Shown here one piece after another: positions 12,227-26,121 of a stretch of 39,905 nucleotides of DNA. The stretch's first letter is position 1. Each line of letters starts with the position of its first letter. The notes below the pieces were generated by a model that was not told the origin of the DNA, made no database searches, and was given only the letters and a program-made list of their open reading frames with translations. This DNA comes from Gammaproteobacteria bacterium (GTDB lineage: Bacteria > Pseudomonadota > Gammaproteobacteria > Chromatiales > Chromatiaceae): NCBI GenBank assembly GCA_003972985.1, contig QNZQ01000004.1:1-39905 (forward strand), in the 5' to 3' direction. Both the position numbers and the translations under genes were made by a program.

Positions 12227-13111
12227 GTGTCCCGGCTCATCTACCTCAACGACGACTACCTGCCCCTGGAGCAGGCCCACGTCTCCGTGCTCGACCGGGG
12301 GTTTCTCTTCGGCGACGGCGTCTACGAGGTGATACCCGCTTACGGCGGCATGCCCTTCCGCCTGAAGGAACACCTGCAGCGCCTGGAAAACAGCCTGAGC
12401 GCCATCCGCATGGAACCGCCCCTCGACCGCCACCAGTGGCTGGCCATCTTCACCCGACTCCTCGACCAGCTCGGCGATGCCGACCAGCAGCTCTACCTGC
12501 AGGTGACCCGCGGTGCCTACGACAAGCGCCTGCACGCCATGCCGGAACAGGTCACGCCCACGGTGCTGGTGATGAGCAACCCCTTGAGCCAGCGCGATCC
12601 TGAGTTGGTGCAGCGGGGCCTGTCGGTGATCACCCTGGAGGACATCCGCTGGCAGCGCTGCGACATCAAGGCCATCACCCTGCTGGCCAACATCCTCAGC
12701 CAGCAGCAGGCCCGTGAGCAGGGCGCCGAGGAGGCGATCCTGGTGCGCGACGGCCTGGCCACCGAGGGCACGGCCTCCAACCTCTTCATGGTGAAGGAGG
12801 GGCTCATCATCACGCCGCCCAAGAGTAATCACCTGCTCCCCGGCATCACCCGCGACCTGGTGCTGGAGCTGGCCATGGAGGCCGGGCTTCCCTGCGCCGA
12901 GGCCACGATCCGCGTGGAAGAGCTGGAGCAGGCCGACGAGATCTGGATCACCAGCTCCACCAAGGAGGTGATGCCGGTGACCCGCCTCGACGACAGACCC
13001 GTTGCAAATGGCCGCCCCGGCCCCATGTGGGAGAAGATGGACGCCCTCTATGCCGCCTGCAAGAAGCGGCTGCGTCAGCGAAACCAGGCATCGGAGCAGT
13101 GTTATGAATGA
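12227..13111 (+). CDS. dat: D-amino acid aminotransferase (PLP fold type IV)
   Basis: DRGFLFGDGVYE, DIRWQRCDIK, EGTASN and LPGITR motifs; GTG start. Confidence 0.9.
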   Translation: MSRLIYLNDDYLPLEQAHVSVLDRGFLFGDGVYEVIPAYGGMPFRLKEHLQRLENSLSAIRMEPPLDRHQWLAIFTRLLDQLGDADQQLYLQVTRGAYDKRLHAMPEQVTPTVLVMSNPLSQRDPELVQRGLSVITLEDIRWQRCDIKAITLLANILSQQQAREQGAEEAILVRDGLATEGTASNLFMVKEGLIITPPKSNHLLPGITRDLVLELAMEAGLPCAEATIRVEELEQADEIWITSSTKEVMPVTRLDDRPVANGRPGPMWEKMDALYAACKKRLRQRNQASEQCYE

Positions 13112-13388
13112 ACGAGAGCAAAGGGAACCGGAAGCCCAGGGCATGACCTTTCCCTGTCCCTTCGCCATCCGCGCCATGGGGCTGGACGAAGACGATTTCG
13201 ATGCCCTGGTGGTGGAGATCGTGCGCCGCCACTGCCCGGACATCCGCGAGGGCGCGGTGACCACTAGGCCGAGCAGGAACGGCAAGTACGTCTCGGTGAA
13301 GGTGATCATCGACGCCCAGAGCCGGGAACAGCTCGACGCCATCTACGACGACCTCACCGCCCACGAGCGGGTGCTGATGCGGCTGTGA
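13104..13388 (+). CDS. ybeD: YbeD/DUF493 family protein
   Basis: FPC.F.I.AMG, SRNGKYVSV and SREQLDAIY motifs; directly upstream of lipB. Confidence 0.9.
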   Translation: MNEREQREPEAQGMTFPCPFAIRAMGLDEDDFDALVVEIVRRHCPDIREGAVTTRPSRNGKYVSVKVIIDAQSREQLDAIYDDLTAHERVLMRL

Positions 13389-13403
13389 TTCCCGCCTGAG
13401 CCG

Positions 13404-14033
13404 GTGGCCCAGCCCCTCATCATCCGCCGCCTCGGACTGCGCGACTACGGCGAAACCTGGCAGGCCATGCGCCGCTTCACCGACGAGCGCCGCCCCGGCA
13501 CCCCTTCCGAGATCTGGCTGCTGGAACATTCCCCCGTCTTCACTCAGGGCCAGGCGGGCCGCGCCGAGCACATTCTCGCTCCCGGCGACATCCCCGTGGT
13601 GCAGAGCGATCGTGGCGGCCAGGTCACCTACCACGGCCCCGGCCAGCTGGTGCTCTACCTGCTCATCGACCTCAAGGCCACCGGCAAGGGGGTGCGCGGT
13701 CTGGTGAGCGCAATGGAGAACGCAGTGATCCGTTTGCTTGCAGAGCAGGGCATCGAAGCCTGGGCCGATCCCAAAGCCCCGGGCGTCTACACCGAAAAGG
13801 GCAAGGTTGCCGCGCTGGGCCTGCGGGTGCGCCGGGGATACACCTACCACGGCCTGGCACTCAACCTGGACCCCGACCTGGAACCCTTCACCCGCATCGA
13901 TCCCTGCGGCCACAAGGGACAGGCGGTTACCAGCCTGAAGGAACTCGGTCTGAACATGAGCCTGGAACAGGCAGGCGACAAGCTGGCAGAACGGCTTTGC
14001 AGCGACCTGGAACTGGTCCCAATGGTCGTGTAG
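13404..14033 (+). CDS. lipB: Lipoyl(octanoyl) transferase
   Basis: EHSPVFTQG, DRGGQVTYHGPGQ, HGLALN and PCG motifs. Confidence 0.97.
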   Translation: MAQPLIIRRLGLRDYGETWQAMRRFTDERRPGTPSEIWLLEHSPVFTQGQAGRAEHILAPGDIPVVQSDRGGQVTYHGPGQLVLYLLIDLKATGKGVRGLVSAMENAVIRLLAEQGIEAWADPKAPGVYTEKGKVAALGLRVRRGYTYHGLALNLDPDLEPFTRIDPCGHKGQAVTSLKELGLNMSLEQAGDKLAERLCSDLELVPMVV

Positions 14034-14062
14034 GCCCGCATGAGGCGAAGCCGCATCGGGCA
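14030..14062 (+). repeat. Enterobacterial-like REP overlapping the lipB stop codon
   Basis: GTAG-GCCCG-CATGAGGC-GAA-GCCGCAT-CGGGC-A, similar to the E. coli REP GTAGGCCGGATAAGGCG...CGCCGCATCCGGCA. Confidence 0.7.
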
Positions 14063-14118
14063 ATTTCCATTTCCTGGCAATGGTGCCGGGTCGATCGAAC
14101 AACCTCGCCGCGCAGCGG

Positions 14119-14124
14119 TACAAT
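14119..14124 (+). promoter_or_regulatory. -10 box (TACAAT) 6 nt upstream of the lipA ATG; possible leaderless promoter
   Basis: TACAAT-AGCGCC-ATG with no Shine-Dalgarno sequence. Confidence 0.45.
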
Positions 14125-14130
14125 AGCGCC

Positions 14131-15096
14131 ATGAGCGACGACCTACTCCCGCCATCGAGAAAACCTGGCCCCCGCCACCAGCGCGGCCAGGACAAGGTGA
14201 GCCGCATCCCGGTGAAGGTGGAGACCACCACCGAGCTGCCGCGCAAGCCCGACTGGATCCGCGCCCGCGCACCGCAGGGCGCCGGGGTCAAGCGCATCCG
14301 CCGCATCCTGCGTGAGCACCGCCTCGCCTCGGTGTGCGAGGAGGCCCAATGCCCCAACCTGGGCGAATGCTTCACCCACGGCACCGCCACCTTCATGATC
14401 ATGGGCGACATCTGCACCCGCCGCTGCCCCTTCTGCGACGTGGCCCACGGTCGTCCCGAACCCCTCGATCCGGGGGAACCACGGCAGCTTGCCGCCGCCA
14501 TCGCCGAGATGGCGCTGAAGTACGTGGTGATCACCTCGGTGGACAGGGACGATCTCAAGGACGGCGGCGCCGGCCACTACCGCGACTGCATCACCGCCAT
14601 CCGCCGCCAGGTGCCCGGCACCACCATCGAGATCCTGGTGCCCGATTTCCGCGGACGCATGGAAACGGCGCTGGAAGCGCTCTCGGAAGCCCCGCCGGAC
14701 ATGTTCAACCACAACCTGGAAACGGTGCCCCGGCTCTACCGCCGGTGCCGCCCGGGGGCGGACTACCACTGGTCGCTGGCGCTGCTGCAGTCCTTCGGCG
14801 AGCGCCATCCCGACGTGCCCACCAAGTCGGGCATCATGCTGGGCCTGGGCGAGGAACCAGAAGAGGTGCACCAGGTGATGCGCGATCTGCGCGCCCACGG
14901 CGTCACCATGCTCACCCTGGGACAGTACCTCCAGCCCAGCCGCGATCACCTGCCGGTGAGCCGCTTCGTCACCCCGCAGGAGTTCGACGAGCTGCGCCGG
15001 CTGGGAGAGTCCATGGGTTTCGCCAACGTGGCCTCCGGACCCATGGTGCGCTCTTCCTACCATGCAGACCTGCAGGCCAATCCCCTGCTAGAATGA
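14131..15096 (+). CDS. lipA: Lipoyl synthase
   Basis: [12 protein letters not shown], radical [11 protein letters not shown] and RSSY motifs. Confidence 0.98.
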   Translation: MSDDLLPPSRKPGPRHQRGQDKVSRIPVKVETTTELPRKPDWIRARAPQGAGVKRIRRILREHRLASVCEEAQCPNLGECFTHGTATFMIMGDICTRRCPFCDVAHGRPEPLDPGEPRQLAAAIAEMALKYVVITSVDRDDLKDGGAGHYRDCITAIRRQVPGTTIEILVPDFRGRMETALEALSEAPPDMFNHNLETVPRLYRRCRPGADYHWSLALLQSFGERHPDVPTKSGIMLGLGEEPEEVHQVMRDLRAHGVTMLTLGQYLQPSRDHLPVSRFVTPQEFDELRRLGESMGFANVASGPMVRSSYHADLQANPLLE

Positions 15097-15125
15097 GGGC
15101 CGTTTCAGCCAACGGACAACAGCGG

Positions 15126-16175
15126 ATGGGCACGACTCTCAAGCGAATACTGGTCACCGGCGGCGCCGGCTACATCGGCTCCCATACCTGCGTGGAACTG
15201 CTCGAAGCCGGCTACGAGGTGATCGTGGTGGACAACCTCAGCAACAGCAGTCCGGTGGCGTTGGCGCGGGTGCAGGAACTCACCTGCAAGCCCCTCACCT
15301 TCGTCGAGGCCGACCTGCGCGACAAGCCGGCCATGATGGAGATCTTCGCCAGCTATTCCATCGACGGCGTCATCCACTTCGCCGGGCTCAAGGCGGTGGG
15401 CGAGTCGGTGAAGATTCCCATCCCCTATTACCAGAACAACATCGGCGGCACCCTCAACCTGCTCGAGGCCATGAACGGCGCCGGGGTCAAGAACATCGTC
15501 TTCAGCTCCTCGGCCACGGTGTATGGCGATCCCGCCTCGCTGCCCATCACCGAGGAGTTCCCCCTCTCGGCCACCAACCCCTACGGCCGTTCCAAGCTGA
15601 TCATCGAGGAGATGCTCGGCGACATCCACCGCTCCGACGAGGCCTGGAACATCGCCATCTTGCGCTACTTCAACCCGGTGGGCGCCCACATCAGCGGCCG
15701 CATCGGCGAATCGCCCAACGACATTCCCAACAACCTCATGCCCTACGTGAGCCAGGTGGCGGTGGGGCGCCTGGAGAAGCTTTCGGTGTTCGGCAACGAC
15801 TACCCCACTTCCGACGGCACCGGCGTGCGCGACTACATCCACGTGGTGGACCTGGCACAGGGCCACATCAAGGCACTGGAGAAGCTGGCCACCGCCCCCG
15901 GCCTGGTCATCTACAACCTGGGCACCGGCCAGGGTTACTCGGTACTGGAGATGGTGGCCGCCTTCGAGGAGGCGAGCGGCCGCCCCGTGGCCTACGAGAT
16001 CGTCGGCCGCCGCGAGGGAGACATCGCCGCCTGCTACGCCGACCCCTCGCTGGCCGAGAAGGAGCTGGGCTGGAAGGCGCAGAAAGGGATCCGCGAAATG
16101 TGCGAGGACACCTGGCGCTGGCAGCAGGACAATCCCTACGGCTACGAGGACATCGAATGCCTCGACGGCTGCTGA
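15126..16175 (+). CDS. galE: UDP-glucose 4-epimerase
   Basis: [25 protein letters not shown] and LRYFNP motifs. Confidence 0.97.
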   Translation: MGTTLKRILVTGGAGYIGSHTCVELLEAGYEVIVVDNLSNSSPVALARVQELTCKPLTFVEADLRDKPAMMEIFASYSIDGVIHFAGLKAVGESVKIPIPYYQNNIGGTLNLLEAMNGAGVKNIVFSSSATVYGDPASLPITEEFPLSATNPYGRSKLIIEEMLGDIHRSDEAWNIAILRYFNPVGAHISGRIGESPNDIPNNLMPYVSQVAVGRLEKLSVFGNDYPTSDGTGVRDYIHVVDLAQGHIKALEKLATAPGLVIYNLGTGQGYSVLEMVAAFEEASGRPVAYEIVGRREGDIAACYADPSLAEKELGWKAQKGIREMCEDTWRWQQDNPYGYEDIECLDGC

Positions 16176-16906
16176 CCCTCGGCACCTGCCTGATCGGTCT
16201 GCTCTTCTCCGCTGCCCTGACTGCCACGGAAGCACGGGTGGCGGTGGCTTCCAACTTTCTGCCCACGGCGCGCCAGCTGGCGGCCAATTTCCAGCGACGC
16301 AGCGGTCATGCTCTGCGCATCAGCAGCGCCTCGTCGGGCAAGCTCTACGCCCAGATCCACCACGGCGCCCCTTTCGATCTCCTGCTCTCCGCCGATGCCC
16401 GGCGGCCCGAGCGTCTGGCCATCGAAGGGCTTGCCAAGCCAGACAAGGTACGCCCTTACGCCATCGGCCAGCTGGTGTTCTGGATGCCGAAGCAGGATGG
16501 TGATGCCAGCCGGTGCCGGGCGCGGCTGCAGGAAGGCAACCTGCGGCTGGCGCTGGCCAATCCACGCACCGCGCCCTACGGCAGCGCCGCCTGGGAGACG
16601 CTCGAGGCACTGGGATTCGACCCGGCGCAGCTGCCGCTCATCCAGGGCGAAAACGTTGCCCAGGCCTTCGCTTTCGTCGCCAGCGGAAGTGCCGACGGGG
16701 GCTTCGTTGCCGCCTCCCAGCTCACTGCTGGCAACCGGGAAGGCTGCCGCTGGCCGGTGCCCGGTGAGCTGCATACACCCATTGTGCAGAAGGCAGCGCT
16801 GCTGAAACGGGGTGAGCCCAACCCTGCCGCACGCGCCTTTTTCGCCTACCTTCTCGGTCCGGAGGCTCGCCAGGTCATACGACGCGCCGGTTATCTGCTG
16901 CCGTGA
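16157..16906 (+). CDS. modA: Molybdate ABC transporter substrate-binding protein
   Basis: Signal peptide; [29 protein letters not shown] and GENVAQ motifs. Confidence 0.93.
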   Translation: MPRRLLTLGTCLIGLLFSAALTATEARVAVASNFLPTARQLAANFQRRSGHALRISSASSGKLYAQIHHGAPFDLLLSADARRPERLAIEGLAKPDKVRPYAIGQLVFWMPKQDGDASRCRARLQEGNLRLALANPRTAPYGSAAWETLEALGFDPAQLPLIQGENVAQAFAFVASGSADGGFVAASQLTAGNREGCRWPVPGELHTPIVQKAALLKRGEPNPAARAFFAYLLGPEARQVIRRAGYLLP

Positions 16907-17586
16907 ACCTGCTGCCCGGCCTGGATCCGCTGCTGCTCTCCCTGAAGCTGGCATTCCTGGCCACCGTCGGGCTGCTGCTGGTGGGCACGCCACTGGCCTG
17001 GTGGCTCGCCTTCACGCGCCGGCGCTGGAAGGTGGGCGTGGAGGCCGTGGTGGCCCTGCCGCTGGTGCTGCCACCCACCGTGCTCGGCTTCTACCTGTTG
17101 CTGGCCATGGCTCCCCAGGGCTGGCTCGGGGAACCGTGGATGCAGCTCACCGGCAGTCCCCTCGCCTTCACCTTCAGCGGCTTGGTGATCGCCTCCATCT
17201 TCTACTCGCTGCCCTTCGTGGTGCAACCCCTGCAGGGTGCCTTCGAGAGCATGGGCCGACCGCTGATGGAAGCAGCCTGGACCCTGGGCAGTCCGCCCTG
17301 GAAGACCTTCTTCAACACCGTGCTGCCGGTCTGCCGCCACGGCTTCCTCACCGCCACGGTACTGAGCTTTGCCCACACCATGGGGGAATTCGGCGTGGTA
17401 CTGATGGTGGGCGGCAACATTCCCGGAGAGACCCGGGTGGTCTCCATCGCCATCTACGACGAGGTGGAGGCCATGGCCTACGGCGAGGCCCACCGGCTCT
17501 CGCTGCTGCTGCTCGCCTTCTCTTTCACGGTGCTGTTGCTGGTCTACTGGCAGAACCGGCGCTGGAGGTTGCCCGATGAGCGCTGA
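16903..17586 (+). CDS. modB: Molybdate ABC transporter permease
   Basis: LPLVLPPTVLGFYLL, EAAWTLG and FAHTMGEFG motifs. Confidence 0.96.
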   Translation: MNLLPGLDPLLLSLKLAFLATVGLLLVGTPLAWWLAFTRRRWKVGVEAVVALPLVLPPTVLGFYLLLAMAPQGWLGEPWMQLTGSPLAFTFSGLVIASIFYSLPFVVQPLQGAFESMGRPLMEAAWTLGSPPWKTFFNTVLPVCRHGFLTATVLSFAHTMGEFGVVLMVGGNIPGETRVVSIAIYDEVEAMAYGEAHRLSLLLLAFSFTVLLLVYWQNRRWRLPDER

Positions 17587-18658
17587 AGCGCCGCCAAGCC
17601 TCTATGCCCGCCTGCACCTGCGGCAGGGCAATTTCCATCTCGACATGGGAATGCTGCTGCGCCGGCCGGGCGTGGTGGCACTCTACGGCCCCTCGGGCTG
17701 CGGTAAATCGACCTTCCTGCGCTGCCTTGCCGGCCTGGAGAAGCGCGCCACAGGCAAGCTGCAGGTGGGACGTCACTGCCTCATGGACAGCAGCCGGGGC
17801 ATCTTCGTTGCTTCTCACAAACGCAGGGTGGGGCTGGTGTTCCAGGACACCCGCCTCTTTCCCCATCTCGACGTGGAAGCAAACCTTCGCTTCGGCATCC
17901 GCCACCGCCCTTCCGGCAACGCGGAACCGGGGTTCGACCAGGCGGTGGAGCTATTCGACCTGGGTCCGCTGCTCGGGCGCCGCCCGGCCACCCTTTCGGG
18001 CGGCGAGAAGCAGCGCGTCGCCATCGCCCGCAGCCTGCTCACCGAACCACGCCTGCTGCTGCTGGACGAACCCCTGAGCGCCGTGGACGCCACCCGCAAG
18101 GCCGAGATACTTCCTTACCTCGAGCGCCTCTTCCACCAGGCCATGATCCCGGTGGTGCTGGTCACCCACGACTGGCAGGACGTGCTGCGCCTTTCCAGCC
18201 AAGTCTACATCATGGAGCAGGGCCACCTGAAACACCATGGTCCCACCCTCGAGCTGCAGTACCGGCACGGCGATGCCCGCCTCAACGCGCTGGATGCGCG
18301 CGTGCACGGGTGGAAACCGGAAGACCAGCTGCTGATGCTCTGGATCGGCGAAGACCTGATCCGCGTGCCGGCGCAACAGCCACCGGCCGCCAGGCGCATG
18401 CGCCTGCTCATCAGCCCGCTGGAGATCGCCATCAGCCGCTCGCCTGTCACCAACAGCAGCATCCTCAACGTACTGCGGTGTCGGCTCTCGGAACTGGAGA
18501 AGATGGAGGATGGCCGCGTGCTGCTCACCCTGGAAGGCACCGGCTGGAAGCTGCAGGCGATCATCACCCAGGCATCGACCCGCCGCCTGGAACTGGAGCC
18601 GGGCATGGAGCTCTATGCCCTGATCAAGAGCGTGGTGGTGGACCACGCCAGCCTGTAG
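17576..18658 (+). CDS. modC: Molybdate ABC transporter ATP-binding protein
   Basis: GPSGCGKS, LSGGEKQR and LLLLDEP motifs; C-terminal TOBE domain (SSILN...YALIKSV). Confidence 0.94.
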   Translation: MSAEAPPSLYARLHLRQGNFHLDMGMLLRRPGVVALYGPSGCGKSTFLRCLAGLEKRATGKLQVGRHCLMDSSRGIFVASHKRRVGLVFQDTRLFPHLDVEANLRFGIRHRPSGNAEPGFDQAVELFDLGPLLGRRPATLSGGEKQRVAIARSLLTEPRLLLLDEPLSAVDATRKAEILPYLERLFHQAMIPVVLVTHDWQDVLRLSSQVYIMEQGHLKHHGPTLELQYRHGDARLNALDARVHGWKPEDQLLMLWIGEDLIRVPAQQPPAARRMRLLISPLEIAISRSPVTNSSILNVLRCRLSELEKMEDGRVLLTLEGTGWKLQAIITQASTRRLELEPGMELYALIKSVVVDHASL

Positions 18659-18680
18659 GAAGAGGCCCCAGAAAGAAGGA

Positions 18681-18844
18681 TAGGGTAACGCCACTAAACT
18701 TGGGCGGGGTGGGCACCTGCCTGGAAAACTTCGGAGGCATGGACGCCGACGCAGAGCCTACATGGATGTATTCACGGCGATTTTCCAAGCAGGGGCCCAC
18801 CCCCCTTTATCAATAGCTTTGCGGTTTTAGATGATGTCATCCTG
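18681..18844. mobile_element. MITE copy 1 (164 bp; ~18-bp TIRs, inner 23-bp inverted repeat)
   Basis: Ends TAGGGTAACGCCACTAA and TTAGATGATGTCATCCTG; flanks GAAAGAAGGA/GGAAGAAGAG (7/10, possible target duplication); inner arms 18706-18728 and 18781-18803; homologous to 31769-31981. Confidence 0.8.
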
Positions 18845-19291
18845 GGAAGAAGAGGGAGACGGCTCCATTGCGCGCCGCAGGAACCAGCCACCGAAGAGCA
18901 GCAGCAGGAACCCCGACACCGCGTAGATGAGGGCGATGGCCCAGAGGCTGGCGAAGGTGGCGATCACCGCCTGTTGCGGATCGCTGGGCTGGTAGCGCAC
19001 CGGCACCCGGTCGCCGGGCTTGTAGTGATCGGCGCGCCGGCTCTCCTGGTGCTCGAAGACGACCTCCTGCCCGTCCGCCGTGGTGAACTTCACCACCGGG
19101 AAATAGACCAGCGACGACCCCTTTCCCAGCTTGCCTCCCAGGTAGGGCGCCATGCGCACGATGGTGCCCTCGGTGAGTTCGGTGCGCTTCACCAGCTCGC
19201 TGGAAGCCTGCCAGTGCGCCCACCCCTTTCCCAGCAGCACGGCAGCGATGCCCAGCAGCACCAGTGGAATGAAGAAACTGATCACTCTCAT
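18827..19291 (-). CDS. DUF3592-like membrane protein
   Basis: Two terminal TM segments flanking EGTIV...YFPVVKF...GDRVPVRYQPSDPQQA. Confidence 0.75.
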   Translation of the reverse strand: MRVISFFIPLVLLGIAAVLLGKGWAHWQASSELVKRTELTEGTIVRMAPYLGGKLGKGSSLVYFPVVKFTTADGQEVVFEHQESRRADHYKPGDRVPVRYQPSDPQQAVIATFASLWAIALIYAVSGFLLLLFGGWFLRRAMEPSPSSSQDDII

Positions 19292-20333
19292 GGTCGGATC
19301 TCCCGATCGTCCTGAAGGTGGGCATCATACCGCTCCATGAGGTAGCAGAGACAGTCCTGCCGGATCACGGTCTCGTTCTGGGTCAGCATGGATGGCATAA
19401 CCGGGGTTCGCGTGACCAGTTCCCCCTTCTCCACGGTGAAGTAGCGCGCCGCCACGTCGTGGTCCAGTTCATTGCGCACGTCCAGCGGCATCTCCACGCC
19501 CGGCTTGACGCTGCCGAAGGAGGTCCCCGCGGGTAGCTCGCGGAAGTTGAACCGCTCCAGGTCACCGAGCAGGCAGAGGTCCCGGTTGCTGCAGCCGAAG
19601 CCGAAACTGATCTCCGGTGGAATCTTGACGATGGCCACGGTGTGGAACAGGTCGAGGTCGTGGCTGGCCACGGGATGGGTGGGGTGGTGATCCAGGTGCA
19701 GGCAGGCATCCACGAACTCGGCCGCATGCTCCACGCCGCGCGCCTGCCCCACCTTTCCGCACTCGAGGGTCACCGCCGGGCAGAGTTCGGTCATGGCCAT
19801 GGACTGTACCCCCTTGGGCCGGGTGAAATAGACCACGATGCGGCTGAACATGGCGGCCAGGTGCAGCGATTCGTTGCGGATCACGTTGACGCAGGCGTAA
19901 TGGGGATTGAGGCCTGTGTTGTTGTGCAGGTCCACGCTGGCGAAGACCCCCTTCTGCGCCATGGTATCCACCACGCGCTCCATCATGGCGTGCTCGGCGG
20001 TAAAGGGCAGCTCGCTGCCGGGCCAGACGCGGTTGTAGTCGGGCTGGCCTGCCAGGCGGCGCATCTTCACCGCGGCTGCGGCGGTGTTGCCGATGAACAG
20101 CGACAGGGCGCGGGGCAGCTCCTGGTCCCCGCCCGCCACTTCATATCTGCGCAGCATGTGGCGTACCGCCTCCCAGCCCACGTCCTCGTTGCCGTGCATG
20201 AGCACCGAGGCGAACAGGGGCGCCTGGCGCCGGCCCGGCAGGTGGATGAGGGTGGGACCACCGAGGAAGTCGTGCAGCTGTTCCGCACGCAGGTCGAGGA
20301 GCCCTTCCGGGATTTCAAAGAGTTCGTTCAGCA

Positions 20334-20334
<1 letters not shown>
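19288..20334 (-). CDS. M14-family zinc peptidase (succinylglutamate desuccinylase/aspartoacylase-like)
   Basis: HGNE (HxxE), DYNRVWPG, SVDLHNN and TLECG motifs; ATG overlaps the upstream TGA. Confidence 0.85.
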
Positions 20335-22455
<2,121 letters not shown>

Positions 22456-22456
22456 T

Positions 22457-22721
22457 CAAAGGGCGGGGATCGCTGGGATTGGCGGTTCCGGGGTCTCTTT
22501 TCCTTCCCTCGGCACAGCCGAGCACCGCAGAACGAAAGCGGGAAAAGCGAGCTTGTCTGAGCCCGCCTTCGGAGGGCGAGTTTGCGAGCGGCCGGTTTCG
22601 ATCGAGGAGCGCAGGGAACCCGGAGCGAAGCGCAGGGCAAGCCGCGGGAAGGAAAAGAGGCCTCGGAGCCGCCTGCCCGAGCCTCTTTCCAAACCGGCTG
22701 TTCAAGCAGCGATCCTCTTTG
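22457..22721 (+). repeat. Long multi-stem palindromic element (MITE-like or structured RNA)
   Basis: 28-bp arms 22481-22508 and 22646-22673 with three G-T pairs; outer GGATCGCTG/CAGCGATCC inverted repeat; internal C(TTCG)G and GCGAAGC hairpins. Confidence 0.75.
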
Positions 22722-22722
22722 T

Positions 22723-22743
22723 TTCGCGGCCGGAAGGCCGCTC

Positions 22744-22747
<4 letters not shown>
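22723..22747 (-). repeat. REP element overlapping the rho stop codon
   Basis: Minus strand GTAGGAGCGGCCTTCCGGCCGCGAA; same family as 1708-1732. Confidence 0.75.
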
Positions 22748-23991
<1,244 letters not shown>

Positions 23992-24173
23992 GTCAGGTAT
24001 CTGGATGGTTGGAAATGGGGATGAGGTGGAAATCGGCCACGGCCCGGGTCAGGCCGATGGAGAAGGGAATCTGTCTGCTGCTGAATCGAAAAGCTCCGGA
24101 TGGGAAAGCAGCCCTGCTTGTTGTTCTATTGTTAGGAGAGCCGTGATTCGGCATCACGGTTCCCGGCAATGGT
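23992..24173 (-). promoter_or_regulatory. rho leader: C-rich/G-poor rut-like region, likely autoregulatory attenuator
   Basis: Minus strand TTTCCACCTCATCCCCATTTCCAACCATCCAGATACCTGAC directly before the ATG; CCGTGAT/ATCACGG hairpin after trxA; same trxA-leader-rho layout as E. coli. Confidence 0.45.
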
Positions 24174-24500
24174 TCAGAGGTTGCTGTCGATGAAAGCCGT
24201 GAGCTGGGACTTGGATACCGCGCCCACCTTGGTGGCTTCCACTTCACCGTTCTTGAAGAGCATCAGTGTCGGTATACCGCGAATGCCATAGGCCGGCGGA
24301 GTATCCGGATTGTCGTCGATGTTGAGCTTGGCGACTTTCAGCCTGCCGTCGTAATCACCGGCAACCTCTTCCAGCACCGGCGCGATCATCTTGCAGGGGC
24401 CGCACCACTCCGCCCAGTAATCCACCAGCACGGGCACATCCGACTTGAGCACTTCCTGCTCGAAGGTGTCATCGGACAACTCAATGATCTTGTCACTCAC
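24174..24500 (-). CDS. trxA: Thioredoxin 1
   Basis: MSDKII start (GTG with GGAG SD), WCGPC and YGIRGIPTL motifs; rhlB-trxA-rho synteny. Confidence 0.97.
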   Translation of the reverse strand: MSDKIIELSDDTFEQEVLKSDVPVLVDYWAEWCGPCKMIAPVLEEVAGDYDGRLKVAKLNIDDNPDTPPAYGIRGIPTLMLFKNGEVEATKVGAVSKSQLTAFIDSNL

Positions 24501-24801
24501 TGACTGCTTCTCCAAAAATGAACGAAAGGTTTGTTTGCTGATAAAACGCCGCTCGGCCTGATGATTCGGACACCAGAAAAAGCAGAGGGCTTCAACGCTT
24601 GAATTTATGGAACGTGGTCAGGCTTCCATGCACCCGAAAACCGGGAAAGCCTGTGCTTGAATGATCTTGTTGGGCGATTTTGCCTCGACCACCGCACCCT
24701 TTTCAAGTTTTAATTGCACAAATCTTGCGAAACAGTCACCAGTTCGGTGCGCATTTTCAACAGACGGAGCGTTGATCGATGATGTATCCTAGCCTCATAT
24801 C

Positions 24802-26106
24802 ATGAGTGACAAAAAACACCTTACCGAAGTCCGTTTCGACAGTTTCGGCTTTTCCGAACCCATTCTTGCCGGTATCCGGGATGCAGGATTCGAGTACTGC
24901 ACCCCTATCCAGGCCGCGACCCTGCCCCCGGCCCTCGCGGGCGAGGACGTGGCCGGCCAGGCCCAGACGGGTACCGGCAAGACAGCCGCCTTCCTCCTGG
25001 CCACCCTGCACCACCTCGAAAAGCACCCCCCGCGCGAAGGCCGCAGGCCCAACCAGCCCCGTGCACTGATGCTGGCGCCCACCCGCGAACTGGCGATCCA
25101 GATCGAAAAGGATGCCAAGGTCCTCGCAGGCCACACGGGTCACAAGATCGAAGTGGTCTACGGCGGCACGGGTTATGAAAAGCAGAGAGCTGCCGTAAAG
25201 GAAGGGGTGGACATTCTCATCGGAACGCCAGGGCGGCTCATCGACTACTTCAAGCAGAAGGTCTTCGACCTGCGCGAGATCCAGGTGGTGGTGCTGGACG
25301 AGGCGGATCGCATGTTCGACCTCGGCTTCATCAAGGACATCCGTTTCCTGTTGCGCCGCTGCCCACCGCCGCAGGAACGGCTCGGGATGCTCTTCTCCGC
25401 CACCCTCTCCTACCGGGTGACGGAGCTGGCCTACGAGCACATGAACAACCCCAAGGCGATCCGGATCGAACCGGAACAGGTGACGGCGGAGCAGATCGAG
25501 GAGACCGGCTACATGACGGCAAACGAGGAGAAGATCCCGCTGCTCATCGGCCTGCTGCGCCAGATGCAGGATGCCCGCACCATCGTCTTCGTCAACACCA
25601 AGCGTGCCGCCGACGAGGTGTGGGGCTACCTCGAGGGCAATGGCATCCAGGCCGCGGTGCTCTCCGGTGACGTTCCGCAGAAGAAGCGCATGAGCCTCCT
25701 GAAGCGCTTCACCGGCGGCGAACTGGACGTGCTGGTGGCCACCGACGTGGCCGCGCGTGGCCTGCACATTCCCGACGTGACCCACGTGATCAACTACGAT
25801 CTGCCCGAGGACGCCGAAGACTATGTGCACCGCATCGGCCGCACCGGCCGTGCCGGCGCCAAGGGCAAGGCCATCAGCTTTGCCTGCGAGACCTACGCCT
25901 TCTCCCTGCCCGACATCGAAGCCTACACCGGCCACGCCATTCCCATGCAACCCGTCCCCCGGGAACTCCTGGCGCAGGTCGACCCGTCCAGCCGCGTTCG
26001 CCCCAAGCGAAAGCCCAGGCCGAACAGGGGATCGCGTCCTTCGGGCAGCAAGGGACGTCAGCGCACGCGGGGTTCATCGGCCAGACGACAGCAGGGGAGA
26101 AACTAG
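24802..26106 (+). CDS. rhlB: DEAD-box RNA helicase RhlB
   Basis: [33 protein letters not shown] and HRIGRTGR motifs; divergent from trxA. Confidence 0.95.
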   Translation: MSDKKHLTEVRFDSFGFSEPILAGIRDAGFEYCTPIQAATLPPALAGEDVAGQAQTGTGKTAAFLLATLHHLEKHPPREGRRPNQPRALMLAPTRELAIQIEKDAKVLAGHTGHKIEVVYGGTGYEKQRAAVKEGVDILIGTPGRLIDYFKQKVFDLREIQVVVLDEADRMFDLGFIKDIRFLLRRCPPPQERLGMLFSATLSYRVTELAYEHMNNPKAIRIEPEQVTAEQIEETGYMTANEEKIPLLIGLLRQMQDARTIVFVNTKRAADEVWGYLEGNGIQAAVLSGDVPQKKRMSLLKRFTGGELDVLVATDVAARGLHIPDVTHVINYDLPEDAEDYVHRIGRTGRAGAKGKAISFACETYAFSLPDIEAYTGHAIPMQPVPRELLAQVDPSSRVRPKRKPRPNRGSRPSGSKGRQRTRGSSARRQQGRN

Positions 26107-26121
26107 CGCGCGGCTCAAACC

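Noticed and set aside
10889-13342. Long antisense and alternate-frame ORFs (817 aa here; also 5601-7406, 20349-21935, 22582-24024)
   Set aside because: Shadow ORFs caused by high GC3 in well-supported genes; no recognisable motifs.
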